DNA from: Alphaproteobacteria bacterium
Lineage (GTDB): Bacteria > Pseudomonadota > Alphaproteobacteria > UBA828
NCBI GenBank assembly: GCA_965243315.1
Contig: CBDEUP010000007.1
Span: forward strand, 21,064-85,063
DNA length: 64,000 nt
Direction: 5' to 3'
The position numbers were made by a program, and so were the translations under genes. Positions 40,193-51,922 of this stretch are shown here, in pieces (position 1 is the first letter of the stretch; each line of letters begins with the position of its first letter). The notes beneath the pieces are model-generated. The model worked only from the letters and a program-made list of their open reading frames with translations, was not told the origin of the DNA and did not search any database.

Positions 40193-41088
40193 GCGGTCTT
40201 GTCTCCCAGCTCGGCCTTCTTGCCCAGGATGCCCTGCGGCCGCCCGACCAGGATGGCGCCGATGATGAAGAACACCGCGGCGTCGCGAAGCCCTGCGAGG
40301 AAGTCGGGCAGCAGGATGATCAGGACCACCTCGAGAATGCCCAGCACGAGCCCGCCGACCACGGCCCCCGGCAGGCTGCCGAAGCCGCCCAATACGCAGG
40401 CGACGAAGGCCTTGAGCACCGGCAGCAGGCCCATGAAGGGGTCGATCGCGCCGCGCCGCGCGATGAAGAAGATGGCGGCGAGACCAGCGAGGAAGCCCGA
40501 GATCGCGAACGCCGTCGCGATGACCCGGTTGGCCCGCACGCCCATCAGCCTGACCGTGGTGAAGTCGTGGGCGGCGGCGCGCATGGCCAGCCCCAGCTTG
40601 GTCCGCCGCATGAAGATGACCAGCAGCACGATCGCGATGGCGGTCACCCCCGCCTCGAGAAACTGAAGGATGGTGAAGGTGAAGCTGCCGATATCCACCG
40701 TCGTGTTGAGTACGGCGATGGCGGGCACGGCCTTGGGCCGCGGCGAGACCCCCATCAGGAACACGTTTTGGAGGATGATCGCGACCCCGAAGGCGGTAAG
40801 CAGCCCCGTTGTCGCCGGCGCTCGTCGAACCGGTCTGAAGGCGACGCGCTCCAGGAGCACGGCGGTAATCACCACCGTGAGCAAACAGACCGGCAGGATC
40901 ATCCAGATGTCGCCGGCGCCGAACAGCGCCATGGCGTACATGATGTAGCCGCCGACGCCGAGGAACTCGCCGTGGGCGAAGTTCACCAGCCCCATGACCG
41001 AGAACACGATGGCGAGCCCCAACGCCAGCAACGAGTACTCGGCGCCGATGCTGAGCGCGTTGAGTGCCTGTTCGGCCACGTATTGCAT
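40189..41088 (-). CDS. ABC permease (LivH-like)
   Basis: GLVNFAHGE, TKLGLAMRA, VLGGFGS. Confidence 0.9.
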   Translation of the reverse strand: MQYVAEQALNALSIGAEYSLLALGLAIVFSVMGLVNFAHGEFLGVGGYIMYAMALFGAGDIWMILPVCLLTVVITAVLLERVAFRPVRRAPATTGLLTAFGVAIILQNVFLMGVSPRPKAVPAIAVLNTTVDIGSFTFTILQFLEAGVTAIAIVLLVIFMRRTKLGLAMRAAAHDFTTVRLMGVRANRVIATAFAISGFLAGLAAIFFIARRGAIDPFMGLLPVLKAFVACVLGGFGSLPGAVVGGLVLGILEVVLIILLPDFLAGLRDAAVFFIIGAILVGRPQGILGKKAELGDKTA

Positions 41089-41104
41089 GGTCCGTCCCGC
41101 CCCC

Positions 41105-41818
41105 CTACGAGACGCCTTCGCCGATGTAGGCCTTCATCAGATCCGCCGAGGTGCGCAGCTCCTCCGCGGTGCCGGCGAACTCGAGGTTCCCACTGCTCAG
41201 GATGTAGGCGCGGTCCGCGAACTTGAGCGCTTCCTGCGCGTTCTGCTCGACAACGAGCAGGGTGAGCCCGTGGTCTCGCAGGCCCGAAATCAGCTTGAAG
41301 ATCTGGTCGACGATCTGCGGCGCCAGGCCCAGCGAGGGCTCATCCAGCATCAAGAGCTTCGGTCCCGACATCAGCGCCCGGACCACCGCCAGCATCTGCT
41401 GCTCGCCGCCGGAGAGCGAGCCGCCGCTCTGCTTGAAGCGCTCGCGCAGGATGGGAAACATGTCGAGGTATGTCTCAAGGTCCCGGGCGACGCCGTCCGC
41501 ATCCCGCCGGATCGCCGCGCCCAGGATCAGGTTCTCCTCCACCGTCAGGTTGGCGAAGACGTGCCGCCCCTCCGGCGTGACGGTGATGCCGCGCGCGACC
41601 CGGCTTTCCGTGTCCAGCCGGTTGATGTTCTGGCCCTGGAACGACACCGTGCCCTCCGCGACGGGCACGAGCCCGATGATCGCAGACAGCATGCTCGTCT
41701 TGCCCGCCCCGTTGGGCCCCAGCAACGTCACGATCTCGCCCTCGTTGACGGAGAGCGAGACCGAATGCACGGCGCGCACCGCGCCGTAGTTCACCGAGAC
41801 GTTATCGACTTCGAGCAT
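41105..41818 (-). CDS. ABC ATP-binding protein (LivF-like)
   Basis: [25 protein letters not shown]. Confidence 0.92.
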   Translation of the reverse strand: MLEVDNVSVNYGAVRAVHSVSLSVNEGEIVTLLGPNGAGKTSMLSAIIGLVPVAEGTVSFQGQNINRLDTESRVARGITVTPEGRHVFANLTVEENLILGAAIRRDADGVARDLETYLDMFPILRERFKQSGGSLSGGEQQMLAVVRALMSGPKLLMLDEPSLGLAPQIVDQIFKLISGLRDHGLTLLVVEQNAQEALKFADRAYILSSGNLEFAGTAEELRTSADLMKAYIGEGVS

Positions 41819-41968
41819 CGGCTCTTGCCGTTATGCACCGTCGGCGCGCGGCCGGCCCCGCCGGACCCGTCAGGGAAGGCAGCGCCCGCAGCGAGTGCTC
41901 CTTCCCTGACGATGTCCGGTTCATCCGGCTCGTGGGGGCCGGCGGCCGGGCTTGCTCGACTGCTCGCC

Positions 41969-43153
41969 CTACTCCTCGTAGTGGGGCGAGTGTGTGGGCA
42001 CTAAGGCCGCGTGCAGGTACGGCTGGCCGTCCTTGAACCCGAGCACCGAGACCTCCTTGCTCGGGTAGTGCCACTTGTTGGTGAAGTCGATGGAGGGCGC
42101 GGACGTCGCCGCGATCGGTCCCGCCGTGGTCAGAGCGTCGAGAACGGCGCGGGACTCGGTCGAGCCCGCAAGCTCCACACCCTTGGCAAGGATTTGCGCG
42201 ACATCGCCGCCCAGCCCGAAGAACGAGCCGTTGATCTCGTAGCCCCGGCTGATGCACTCGTTCTGGAACATCTCGAGCGCGTTGCCGCCCGTGGCGAAAC
42301 CGTGGGTAGCGAAGAACACGGTCCCGTCGACGCTCGGCGAACCACCGGCCACTTCCGGCAACGTCGGGTCGTCAAACCCGTCCGAGCCGAACACGTAGAT
42401 ATCGAGCCCCGCCGCACGTATCTGACGGATCAGCACGCCCACATCGGGGTTGATCGACGAGATGTGGATCGAGTCCGGCATCGGGTCCATCGCCTTCAAG
42501 TCGGTGATGAAGGGCGACCAGTCGGTGATGCCGAAGCCCGGATATTCCATCCGGCCGACGACCTCGCCGCCGAAGCGCCCGAACACGTCGCCGAACCACT
42601 CGGGCAGGTTTCGCGTCCAGGTCCCGTACACGTCCGAGAGGAACAGCACCACCCGGCGCGCACCCAGCTCGTAGGCAACTTCGGCGGTCGCCGAGGCGTT
42701 GAACGGATCGGGCACGGCCATGGTGATGTAGTTGTCCAGCCCGACCTCGAACATCTCGATCTGGGTGTTGACGGCCGAGAAAGTGATCGTGTCGTACTCC
42801 GCAGCGAGCTGTGAGACGGGGATCAGCGAATCCGACGCGATCGCGGCCTCGCCTACGGCGGTCACGCCGTCGTCCAGCATCTCCTGGGCCTGGGCGATGG
42901 CGATTGCCGGATCACTCTTGTTGTCCTGCACGCTGAGCTCGATGGGCACGCCGTTGACGCCGCCCTGCTCGTTCATGAGCTCCGTCATGCAGCGCAGGCC
43001 GTGGGCCCCGGTGTAGGGCGCCCATTCGCCAGAGATCGAGGCCGAGATACCGATCTTGAGCGGATCGCCGGCGGATGCCGGCGCGTTCGCGATGACCAGG
43101 GCCAGCGCCCCGGCTGCAACGGCAGTCGTGGCCAGAAGTTTCTTCGTAAGCAT
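41969..43153 (-). CDS. ABC substrate-binding protein (Liv-type)
   Basis: Signal peptide; NEQGGVNG...DNKSDP; operon context. Confidence 0.88.
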   Translation of the reverse strand: MLTKKLLATTAVAAGALALVIANAPASAGDPLKIGISASISGEWAPYTGAHGLRCMTELMNEQGGVNGVPIELSVQDNKSDPAIAIAQAQEMLDDGVTAVGEAAIASDSLIPVSQLAAEYDTITFSAVNTQIEMFEVGLDNYITMAVPDPFNASATAEVAYELGARRVVLFLSDVYGTWTRNLPEWFGDVFGRFGGEVVGRMEYPGFGITDWSPFITDLKAMDPMPDSIHISSINPDVGVLIRQIRAAGLDIYVFGSDGFDDPTLPEVAGGSPSVDGTVFFATHGFATGGNALEMFQNECISRGYEINGSFFGLGGDVAQILAKGVELAGSTESRAVLDALTTAGPIAATSAPSIDFTNKWHYPSKEVSVLGFKDGQPYLHAALVPTHSPHYEE

Positions 43154-43187
43154 TGGCTTAGCCTCCCTTGATTATTCGACACACCCC

Positions 43188-43985
<798 letters not shown>

Positions 43986-44277
43986 TGCTCAAGCCGCAAG
44001 GGGGTGGCTGCGCGGCCCGGTACTGGCGGACGCGCGTCCGACCGACGCGGCGATCTCTCGCTCGGGCCGCCGCCCCATGGGTCGGAAACGTTCGTTCACC
44101 GACACTCTCCCTGAGGCGTTCTTATTCTTGTCTGGTCAGTTTCGATCATGGGCGGCAGGTTGACAACCCTGCCCCCGCGGCGCGCGTATCCGCGCGACAT
44201 GCTTCCGCGCGCGTTTCCGCGCGACGCCGCTTGCCGGTTGTTGCCGGGCTTCCTATCGTGTGGTTCAGCGTCCCCCG

Positions 44278-44365
44278 GCCCGCGTGGCGGAATTTGGTAG
44301 ACGCAACGGACTTAAAATCCGTTTCCCGACAGGGAGTCCCGGTTCGAGTCCGGGCGCGGGCACCA
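44278..44365 (+). tRNA. tRNA-Leu (anticodon UAA)
   Basis: GCCCGCG/CGCGGGC, A73, CCA; ACGGA-CTTAAAA-TCCGT; long variable arm. Confidence 0.95.
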
Positions 44366-44713
44366 CGGTCCCTTCCGGGGACTTCCAACGCCTTCCTGGA
44401 AAAGGTGGAGTGGGCCGGGCAAAGGACAAGGCGTCATGCCGCCGTCCCGGACACGGTCGCCTCTCGCCGGGCCGTTGCCCGGCTCCTTGTCACGCAAGAT
44501 TTCTTGTTGGTAAATTTGCTAGGCGCTCATTGACGGAGGGATCGGCGTTGACCGACCAAGCCTCGCGTTGCGAGGAAGGCCCCGCAACGAGCCGACTTCG
44601 CCTCCACTCGGGGCTCGATCGGATACGCGTCTTGATGCAGCCGGTTCGACGTGCCGGGCAGCGTCCGGTCGGACTCTCGGCGGCTCCCACTTGAAACGCA
44701 GGAGATCAAGCTC

Positions 44714-45805
44714 ATGAAGCTCGGAACGTTCATGATGCCGAACCATCCGCCGCACCGGAGCTTCGCCGAAGGGCACGACCACGATCTGAACTATCTGGCA
44801 TATCTCGACCATATCGGCTTCGATGAAGCCTGGATCGGCGAGCATTACACGCTTCCGAGAGAGCCGTGCCCGGCGCCGGATCTGCTCGTCGCCCAAGGCC
44901 TGGTCGTCACCAAGCGCATACGTATCTCTCCCGGCGGCTACATGCTGCCCTTTCACCATCCGGCGGAACTCGCCCATCGCATCGCCTGGCTCGACCACAT
45001 CTCGCGCGGCCGCTGCTATGCCGGTGTGGGATCGAGCGGGATTATTACGGACTGGGAGATGTTCGACGTCGACGGGGCGGCGGGCGAAAACCGACGCATG
45101 ATGGAAGAATCTCTCGAGATCATGCTGCGATTCTGGACCAGCGACGGACCCTTCGAATACAAGGGAAAATACTGGACCGCGCGGCGCCCGGACCAGGGCT
45201 TCGACGAAAACTTCGTCTACCACATAACGCCATACACCAAGCCGCACCCGCAGGTCGGCATTGCCGGGTTCAGCCCGAAATCGCCCACGCTCAATCTCTG
45301 CGGGCGCAAGGGCTTCATCCCGCTAAGCTTCGGCTTCAGCAATCGTTTTCTGCCGAGCCATTGGGACTCGGTCGTGGAGGGCGCGAGCGAAACAGGCATC
45401 GAAGCCAACCGCAGTCTTTGGCGCATCGGACGCGACGTCTACGTGGCGGACACCGACAGGGAGGCGCGCGAGAAGGTCGTCGGCGGAGCGGTGGGCGAGC
45501 ACTACCGCAAGTTCTGGATGCCGAATCTGAAGCATCTCAACATGCTGAACGCCGTGAAGCATGATCCCGAGGTACCCGATTCCGACATCGATTTGGACTA
45601 CATCATCGACCGCTGCATGTTCGTCGGCAATCCCAAAACGGTGGAGCAAAGAATTGCGGACATGGTCGGGGAAACCGGCGGCTTCGGATGTCTACTGGTC
45701 AATACCGTCGATCATATCGACGACTGGCAGGGCTGGCGTGCTTCGGTCGGCATGCTGTGCAAGGACATCATGCCGAAGTTTGCCGATGTCGGGCGCGCGG
45801 AGTAG
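44714..45805 (+). CDS. LLM-class flavin-dependent monooxygenase
   Basis: GFDEAWIGEH, HHPAELAHRIAWLDH, GRCYAGVG. Confidence 0.88.
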   Translation: MKLGTFMMPNHPPHRSFAEGHDHDLNYLAYLDHIGFDEAWIGEHYTLPREPCPAPDLLVAQGLVVTKRIRISPGGYMLPFHHPAELAHRIAWLDHISRGRCYAGVGSSGIITDWEMFDVDGAAGENRRMMEESLEIMLRFWTSDGPFEYKGKYWTARRPDQGFDENFVYHITPYTKPHPQVGIAGFSPKSPTLNLCGRKGFIPLSFGFSNRFLPSHWDSVVEGASETGIEANRSLWRIGRDVYVADTDREAREKVVGGAVGEHYRKFWMPNLKHLNMLNAVKHDPEVPDSDIDLDYIIDRCMFVGNPKTVEQRIADMVGETGGFGCLLVNTVDHIDDWQGWRASVGMLCKDIMPKFADVGRAE

Positions 45806-45817
45806 GCGCTCTTCGTC

Positions 45818-46033
45818 CTAGTGTCCCGTCCGGTTGGCCGCATCGCGGTCCGCGGCGGCGGCTTCGGCGAGCGCTGCTTCGCCGCTGGTCTCGACGATTG
45901 CGTTGATCGCTCCGTTGTGCGCGGCGATCCGCTCCAGATGAACCTCGACGAGCTCGCGCCGGGTCATCTCGCCCTGACCCACGAGACGCACCATTTCCGT
46001 GACCGTCATCGAGCACAGTTTTGGTCCGGTCAC
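45818..46033 (-). pseudogene. Amidase N-terminal fragment
   Basis: ELVEVHLERIAAHNGAINAIV...ALAEAAAAD, stopping before the catalytic signature. Confidence 0.75.
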
Positions 46034-46055
46034 GGTCCCGTTCGCCCGCTTCTCG

Positions 46056-46772
46056 TCAGAGGCCCAGGTAACTGGTTGCCACGCGCTTGTCGCTTCGGAG
46101 CTCCTCGGCCGTGCCGTGACCCACGATCCGCCCGTTTTCCAATAGATAGGCGCGTTGCGCGATTTTCAGGCTGCGGCGTGCGTTTTGCTCGACCAGGAGG
46201 ACGCTGACGTCGGTCGACCCGATGGTCTGAATCGTCGAGAACAGTTCCTTGCACAATATGGGGCTGAGACCGAGCGACGGTTCGTCGAGCAGCAGCAGCT
46301 TCGGGTCGGACATCAGGGCGCGGGCGATGGCCAGCATCTGCTGCTCGCCGCCACTCAGCGTTCGCGCGATCTGGTTGCGTCTCTCGGCCAGGCGCGGGAA
46401 CAGGGCCAGTACCGTCTTGAGATTGGCGTCATGGTTTCGTTGCGCCCGTCGTGCAAAGGCACCGAGCTTGAGGTTCTCCTTGACCGACAGAGCGCCGAAG
46501 ACACGCCGGCCCTCGGGCACCAGGGATATGCCGTGCTCGACGATCCTGTGTGGCGTGACGTTGGTGATTTCTTGGGTCAGGAACGTGATACGGCTTCGGG
46601 CCTTCGGCCGCAGCAATCCGGCGACGGTGTTCATGAGTGTCGTCTTGCCTGCACCGTTGGCCCCGAGGATCGTGACGGTCTCACCCGCTCCTACGGTCAG
46701 CGACACGTCGTCCAGGGCCTGATGGCCGCCATAGGAGACGCTGAGGGAGTCGACCTCAAGCATCGTCGTCAT
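46056..46772 (-). CDS. ABC ATP-binding protein (LivF-like)
   Basis: GANGAGKT, LSGGEQQML, LDEPSLGL. Confidence 0.92.
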   Translation of the reverse strand: MTTMLEVDSLSVSYGGHQALDDVSLTVGAGETVTILGANGAGKTTLMNTVAGLLRPKARSRITFLTQEITNVTPHRIVEHGISLVPEGRRVFGALSVKENLKLGAFARRAQRNHDANLKTVLALFPRLAERRNQIARTLSGGEQQMLAIARALMSDPKLLLLDEPSLGLSPILCKELFSTIQTIGSTDVSVLLVEQNARRSLKIAQRAYLLENGRIVGHGTAEELRSDKRVATSYLGL

Positions 46773-47511
46773 CGTCTTCGCCCAGATAGGCTGTCACGAC
46801 ATCGGGATTGGCCAGCACGTCTGCCGGCAGGCCCTCGGCCAGCAACCGGCCCGCATTCATGACGACTACGCGATCGCACAGCGTCCGTATCGCATCCATG
46901 ACATGCTCGACCACGATCATGGTAACGCCGCGCTCCCGTATGCGCCGGACCAGTTCGATTCCCTCCTGCAGCTCGGTCTGATTCAGCCCCGCCAGCCATT
47001 CATCAAGGAGCAGCAACGCCGGATCGGTCGCGAGAGCGCGGGCCAGTTCAACGCGCTTTTGATCGACGTAGGTCAGCTTCCCTGCCGGGCGGGCGGCCTG
47101 ATCTGCCAGGCCGACATAGTCGAGCAGTTCGTCTACACGTCCCGCGCTGGCGCGAAGGGCCGTGCGTTTGCTGCCGAACGCGCTGCCAACCAGCACGTTC
47201 TCGCGCGCGGTCATGCCGGGAAAGACGCGCACCAGTTGGAAGGTCCGGCTGACTCGCCGGCGGCAAATCCGATGAGGCGCGAGGCCGACGAGGTTGCGGC
47301 CCGACAGGCGCACGCGGCCGGCATCCGGCCGTATGTCACCGGTGATGAGGTTGAGAACCGTGGTCTTGCCCGATCCGTTCGGCCCGATCAGTCCCAGAAT
47401 CTCGCCCTCGTCGACGGCGAACGTAAGCTCATTGACGGCAACCAGCCCGCCGAACGCCTTGTGCAGGCCGGAAATCGCGAGCAACGGTTCGCGGCCCCCA
47501 TGCTCGCTCAT
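46756..47511 (-). CDS. ABC ATP-binding protein (LivG-like)
   Basis: GPNGSGKT, RTFQ, LLDE. Confidence 0.9.
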   Translation of the reverse strand: MSEHGGREPLLAISGLHKAFGGLVAVNELTFAVDEGEILGLIGPNGSGKTTVLNLITGDIRPDAGRVRLSGRNLVGLAPHRICRRRVSRTFQLVRVFPGMTARENVLVGSAFGSKRTALRASAGRVDELLDYVGLADQAARPAGKLTYVDQKRVELARALATDPALLLLDEWLAGLNQTELQEGIELVRRIRERGVTMIVVEHVMDAIRTLCDRVVVMNAGRLLAEGLPADVLANPDVVTAYLGEDDDDDA

Positions 47512-48452
47512 GACGGCCCTCCCGCCGCACGCCATGCGCGCAATCTGGCGACCAGGCTCTCGATACCGCCGACGACGCCCGCCGGCAGGAAGAAAACGAT
47601 GATGACGAAGCAGGCGCCGAGGACGATGTTGAACTGATGCGGGAAGGTCGCGGACAACACCTCGAACAGCAGGACCATCGGAACGGCGCCCAGGGCGGGG
47701 CCGTAAAGGCGGCCCCCGCCGCCCAGCAACGCCATGATGAGGACCAGGAAGGAGAGGAGCGGATTGAACGCGATGTTGGGATCGACGTAAGTCCAGCGCG
47801 GCGTGAGAAGGGCACCCGTCGCGGAGATCAGAGCAGCAGAAACCCCGAAGACCAGAACCTTGGTGAACGTCGTGTTGACCCCGGTATGGTTGGCGACCGC
47901 CTCGTCCTCGCCAATGGCCCGCAACGCAAGGCCAAGCTTGGAGCGCTGTATCAGGTAGCCGATGCCGAAGGTGACCACACAGAGGACGAGCAGGTGGTAG
48001 TACAGGTCCTCCGCCCAGACATCCACGTAGATGTGCCGCACCATTGTGCGGGTCTGATTGATCTCATACCAGATCATCAGCTGACGAATGAGCTCGGAAA
48101 GGCCGAATGTGAAAACGACGAAATAGATGCCTGAGAGGCGCAGCGTCGCCAAGCCGACAACAACGGCAACGACGAACCCGGCCGCGGCGCCAATCAGCGC
48201 GATGATCGGCAGCGACAGGTCCTCGCCATAATAGGCGAAGGCATAGGCGCCGATGCCGAAGAAGGCGGCCGAAGCGAGCGAGACGTAGCGCGTGCTTCCG
48301 GAAAAGATCGACCACGCGGTCGCCATGATCACGTAGGCGAGAACGCTCAGCATCAGGGAGACCGTGTACGGGGCTGCGAAGCTCGGCAGCACCGCGAGCA
48401 CCGCGAGCAGCGCGGCGATAGCAAGCGGCCAGGCGAGGCGTTGCGGCGTCAC
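47508..48452 (-). CDS. ABC permease (LivM-like)
   Basis: AFFGIGAY, LRLSGIYF, SKLGLALRAIGEDE. Confidence 0.88.
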   Translation of the reverse strand: MTPQRLAWPLAIAALLAVLAVLPSFAAPYTVSLMLSVLAYVIMATAWSIFSGSTRYVSLASAAFFGIGAYAFAYYGEDLSLPIIALIGAAAGFVVAVVVGLATLRLSGIYFVVFTFGLSELIRQLMIWYEINQTRTMVRHIYVDVWAEDLYYHLLVLCVVTFGIGYLIQRSKLGLALRAIGEDEAVANHTGVNTTFTKVLVFGVSAALISATGALLTPRWTYVDPNIAFNPLLSFLVLIMALLGGGGRLYGPALGAVPMVLLFEVLSATFPHQFNIVLGACFVIIVFFLPAGVVGGIESLVARLRAWRAAGGPS

Positions 48453-48453
48453 G

Positions 48454-49323
48454 TCATCGCCTCCCGAATATGCCGGTGGGCCTGACCAGCAGAATGATGA
48501 GAAACAGTCCGAAATTGACCGCGAGCGTGAGCCCCGGATCGAGCAGATAGGCCGTGACGTTCTCGGCGACGCCGAGGACCACGCCGGCGACAAGCGCCCC
48601 CATCATGTGTCCGACCCCGCCGAGGATGACGACGATCAGCGCCTTGAGGGTGAACTCGATTCCCGTGTACGGGCTCACGCTCCAGAACATGCTGATCAAT
48701 GCGCCGGAGGCAGCCACCATGGCGCCGCCGATGGCGAAGGCGAGCCCGCTGTAACGGCGCACGTCGATCGCCACGAGCTGAGCGGCGACGGGATCGACCG
48801 ACACCGCACGCATGGCGGTGCCAATCCGCGTGTAGCGCAGAAACAGCCAGGCCCCGACGCCCATAAGGCAGGCCAGGGCGAGGGCCAGGAGCCGATTCAG
48901 AACGAACGTAACGTCGGAGAAACCCACGGATTCTGAGAGGTACAGATAGCCTCGCGGCTGACTGCCCCAGCCCCACAACGCGCCGCCCTGGACCACGAAC
49001 AGCAGACCGAAGGTCACGAGAATGCTGTCGCGCTCGAGCATGTCGCGGCTCAACGCGCGCTTCACCATGGGCTGCATGAAGATCAGGAAAATCAGCCAGC
49101 TCGCCACGAACGCGACTGGGATGACGACGAGAACACTCAGGAGCGGACTGAATTGGTAAATCGTGTACAGCCAGAATGTGGAGAAGGCCGCCAGCATCAA
49201 GCCTTCGCCGTAGGACAGGTTCATGATGCGCGCGATTCCGTACTGAAAATTCAGCCCGATCGCGACAAGGGCGTACAGGCCGCCCAGCACAACTCCGTTC
49301 AGCAATACATCAAGGGCGACCAC
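48454..49323 (-). CDS. ABC permease (LivH-like)
   Basis: GGLYALVAIG, TRIGTAMRA, ILGGVG. Confidence 0.9.
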   Translation of the reverse strand: MVALDVLLNGVVLGGLYALVAIGLNFQYGIARIMNLSYGEGLMLAAFSTFWLYTIYQFSPLLSVLVVIPVAFVASWLIFLIFMQPMVKRALSRDMLERDSILVTFGLLFVVQGGALWGWGSQPRGYLYLSESVGFSDVTFVLNRLLALALACLMGVGAWLFLRYTRIGTAMRAVSVDPVAAQLVAIDVRRYSGLAFAIGGAMVAASGALISMFWSVSPYTGIEFTLKALIVVILGGVGHMMGALVAGVVLGVAENVTAYLLDPGLTLAVNFGLFLIILLVRPTGIFGRR

Positions 49324-49499
49324 GGTTCATCCAACCCGCGGGGGCAGCGCCGATACGGCTCGGCCGCATTGTTTCGTGCTCAGCCTAACCCGCATTTTTC
49401 ACCGGGGCCAAGGCCGTTGCCTGGAAAGAAAATCGGCCGTGCACCCGGGTGGGGCCGGGCGCACGGCCGACGACTTCGAATGTCAGAGCGATGTATCGC

Positions 49500-50732
49500 T
49501 CACCATGTGGGCTTGGGGAACAGAACGGGTCGCGCGCCGTCCCTGCCGCTGGGCTCCAACCCGACCCATTCACCGCCCTGCCATTGGCCGAGCCGCCAAT
49601 AGCCGACAAGCATTTGATTCTTGATCTCCAAGTTGCCGGCGACCGTATCGAAGCTGGTGTCGCGGAGGGCCGCCAGCACCTTCTCACGGTCCAGCTCTCC
49701 CACGCTCTCGATCGCCTGCTGAAGCATTTCCAAGCTTCCATAGACGACTGGGCCGCCCGTGAGGTCGGGCTCCTCGCCGATCACCGCGCGATAACGCGCG
49801 ACGTAGTCCTGAATGCTCTGCAGCCCCGGGTCGATGCCTCCGATGCCCGTGAGACCGTCGATCTTGTCGGCGCCGAACTTGCCGACGAAATAGGGATGGG
49901 GCGGCCCCACTGCCGAGTAGAAGAACTTCGGATTGAAGTCGAGCACCATTGATTGCTCGACGAACATCATCGCATCGAGGGGATAGCTGAAACCGAGGAA
50001 GGTGTCGGGCTCGAGTCCCTTCATCTCCTTGACCTGCTGCGACAGGTCCGATGCGGTGGGCGGATAGCTCTTGTTGTAGACGATGTCGTAGCCCGCTTCG
50101 GTGAACAGGTCGGTGGCCGCTGTCGCCATCTCGACGCCCAGTTGATCGGTCATGTAGGCGATCGCCACCTTGTCGTTGACCCTGCCTTCGGCCCTCAGGG
50201 CATCGATCGAGTCCTTGATGGCGCCTACGAGATGACTGGGCGGCGAGAGCAGCCAGAAGACGTTCTTCCACCGCGTGGAAAGATCGATGCTCCGCTCGAC
50301 CGTGCACGTGAAGGCGAGCAGGGGATAGCCGTGCCTCTCGTACAACCGGCCGACGGCCATGTGCGTTGCCGTTCCCCAAGGCGGAAGGACGAAATCCACC
50401 TTGTCCTCCAGCATCAGCCGCTCGGTAAGACGAACGGCCTCTTCGAGCTGGCTGCGATCGTCATACACGATGAATTCGACCGGCACCCTCTTGTCGTACT
50501 TGGACAGGTAGATGCCGCCGGCTTCGTTTACGTCGTGCAGCCATAGGTCGTAGTTACCGACGGTGGTCGTGGCCGCCCCCGGCGCATAGGGCCCCGACAG
50601 CGATACCGCATAACCCATGCGTATCGTCTCGGGCGCTTCGTCGGCGAGCGCGCCGTCGGGGGCTCCCGACAGCAGCCCTGACGCCATCGCCATCGCGGCA
50701 ACGGCGGCCAATAGTGTTCTCCCTCTTCGCAT
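49500..50732 (-). CDS. ABC substrate-binding protein (Liv-type)
   Basis: Signal peptide; SLSGPYA, NEAGGI, YDDRS. Confidence 0.88.
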   Translation of the reverse strand: MRRGRTLLAAVAAMAMASGLLSGAPDGALADEAPETIRMGYAVSLSGPYAPGAATTTVGNYDLWLHDVNEAGGIYLSKYDKRVPVEFIVYDDRSQLEEAVRLTERLMLEDKVDFVLPPWGTATHMAVGRLYERHGYPLLAFTCTVERSIDLSTRWKNVFWLLSPPSHLVGAIKDSIDALRAEGRVNDKVAIAYMTDQLGVEMATAATDLFTEAGYDIVYNKSYPPTASDLSQQVKEMKGLEPDTFLGFSYPLDAMMFVEQSMVLDFNPKFFYSAVGPPHPYFVGKFGADKIDGLTGIGGIDPGLQSIQDYVARYRAVIGEEPDLTGGPVVYGSLEMLQQAIESVGELDREKVLAALRDTSFDTVAGNLEIKNQMLVGYWRLGQWQGGEWVGLEPSGRDGARPVLFPKPTW

Positions 50733-51145
50733 GATGTCCTCCCGGTTATTGCCCGGACGCTCCAAGTAGCCGAGCGCCTCGCGGCCTGCGGCATTCGTGA
50801 CCGCTTCTGTCTGTCGTTGAATGCGTCGTCTTTTGTTCCGGGGCGTCCGTTTGCCCTTTATTCGAAGGGCCTCCTGCAAACAGCTGAGGCGGGCGGCTTT
50901 TCCGCCCGGGTGGAGGCCCTTACGGTGGGGCCGGTCCACCCTCCTGCGTATCATGGGCTGTCAGCAAAACCCCGCATGATGCCCAGAGAGGAGTGGGGCC
51001 GTATCCCTGCGCGAAATACTATCGGACTATCGGTACGCGTTTCAACAGGCGCCGCTCCCGAGGCTCGAAGGCGAGCCAGGCCCGACGGGCGAGCGCTACG
51101 CGCTTTTCGTCGCGGTTCTGGAACCGGTGCGGGTCGAGACGGAGC

Positions 51146-51922
51146 TTAGCTAGCGGCTCCAAAGAAAGCGGATACCGTCGCGACCGCCTCCGGTTTCTCA
51201 TCCAGAACCAGGTGCCCGGCGTCGGGCACGATGTGCACCTTGGCGTCCGGAATCGCTTTGGCCCAAGTCGCGGCCTGACCGACGGGAATAATCCTGTCCT
51301 TGTCGCCCCAAAGAATCATGGTCGGCACGGTTATGCGGTGCAGATAGCGTGTCAGCTTCGGGTCGTGAAGACGCTCCCAGGCGACCCGCGCAGTCGAGCT
51401 CATTTCCCGATATCTATCGACGATAAAGTCGACGTCGTGCCCTTCGGGCAGGTGCGGGCGCAAGACCTCAAAATTATGAGCGAGCCGCTCGACGATTTCA
51501 TCGGGTTTGAGCTTGAAGATGTCGACGGTGGGATTCTCCGGGTCACGCAATCCCGCCGGCGCGACAAGAACGAGCCGTCGTATTCGATGGCCGAACTCCG
51601 TGCAAAGCCGCGCCGCCATCCACCCGCCGAGCGAGAACCCGACGAGATTCACCTGTTCAAGCTCCAGCTGATCGAACAGCTCCATGTAGTGCATCACGTA
51701 GTCGTGCATGTCGGTGATGCGATCGTCGTCGGCAGATTCGCCGAAGCCGGGATGGAAGGGAACGTGCACCCGATAGTTCTCGGTCCAGGGTTCGGCAAAT
51801 GCGAAACCATGGAATGTGCCTGCGCCGTGGAAGAAGACCAGGGGCTCTCCACTGCCGCCGGTGAGAAACGTGACGGACGTTCCGTCGACGGTGATCGTCT
51901 CGCGCACCAGAGCCGTCATCAT
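51146..51922 (-). CDS. Alpha/beta hydrolase
   Basis: HG, PGFG, GFSLGG, WGDKD, AGH. Confidence 0.9.
   Translation of the reverse strand: MMTALVRETITVDGTSVTFLTGGSGEPLVFFHGAGTFHGFAFAEPWTENYRVHVPFHPGFGESADDDRITDMHDYVMHYMELFDQLELEQVNLVGFSLGGWMAARLCTEFGHRIRRLVLVAPAGLRDPENPTVDIFKLKPDEIVERLAHNFEVLRPHLPEGHDVDFIVDRYREMSSTARVAWERLHDPKLTRYLHRITVPTMILWGDKDRIIPVGQAATWAKAIPDAKVHIVPDAGHLVLDEKPEAVATVSAFFGAAS

Noticed and set aside
44278-44365. tRNA-Leu as attB of the downstream region, or as a second suppressor
   Set aside because: No integrase or duplicated 3' end seen; anticodon UAA reads the Leu codon UUA and is ordinary.
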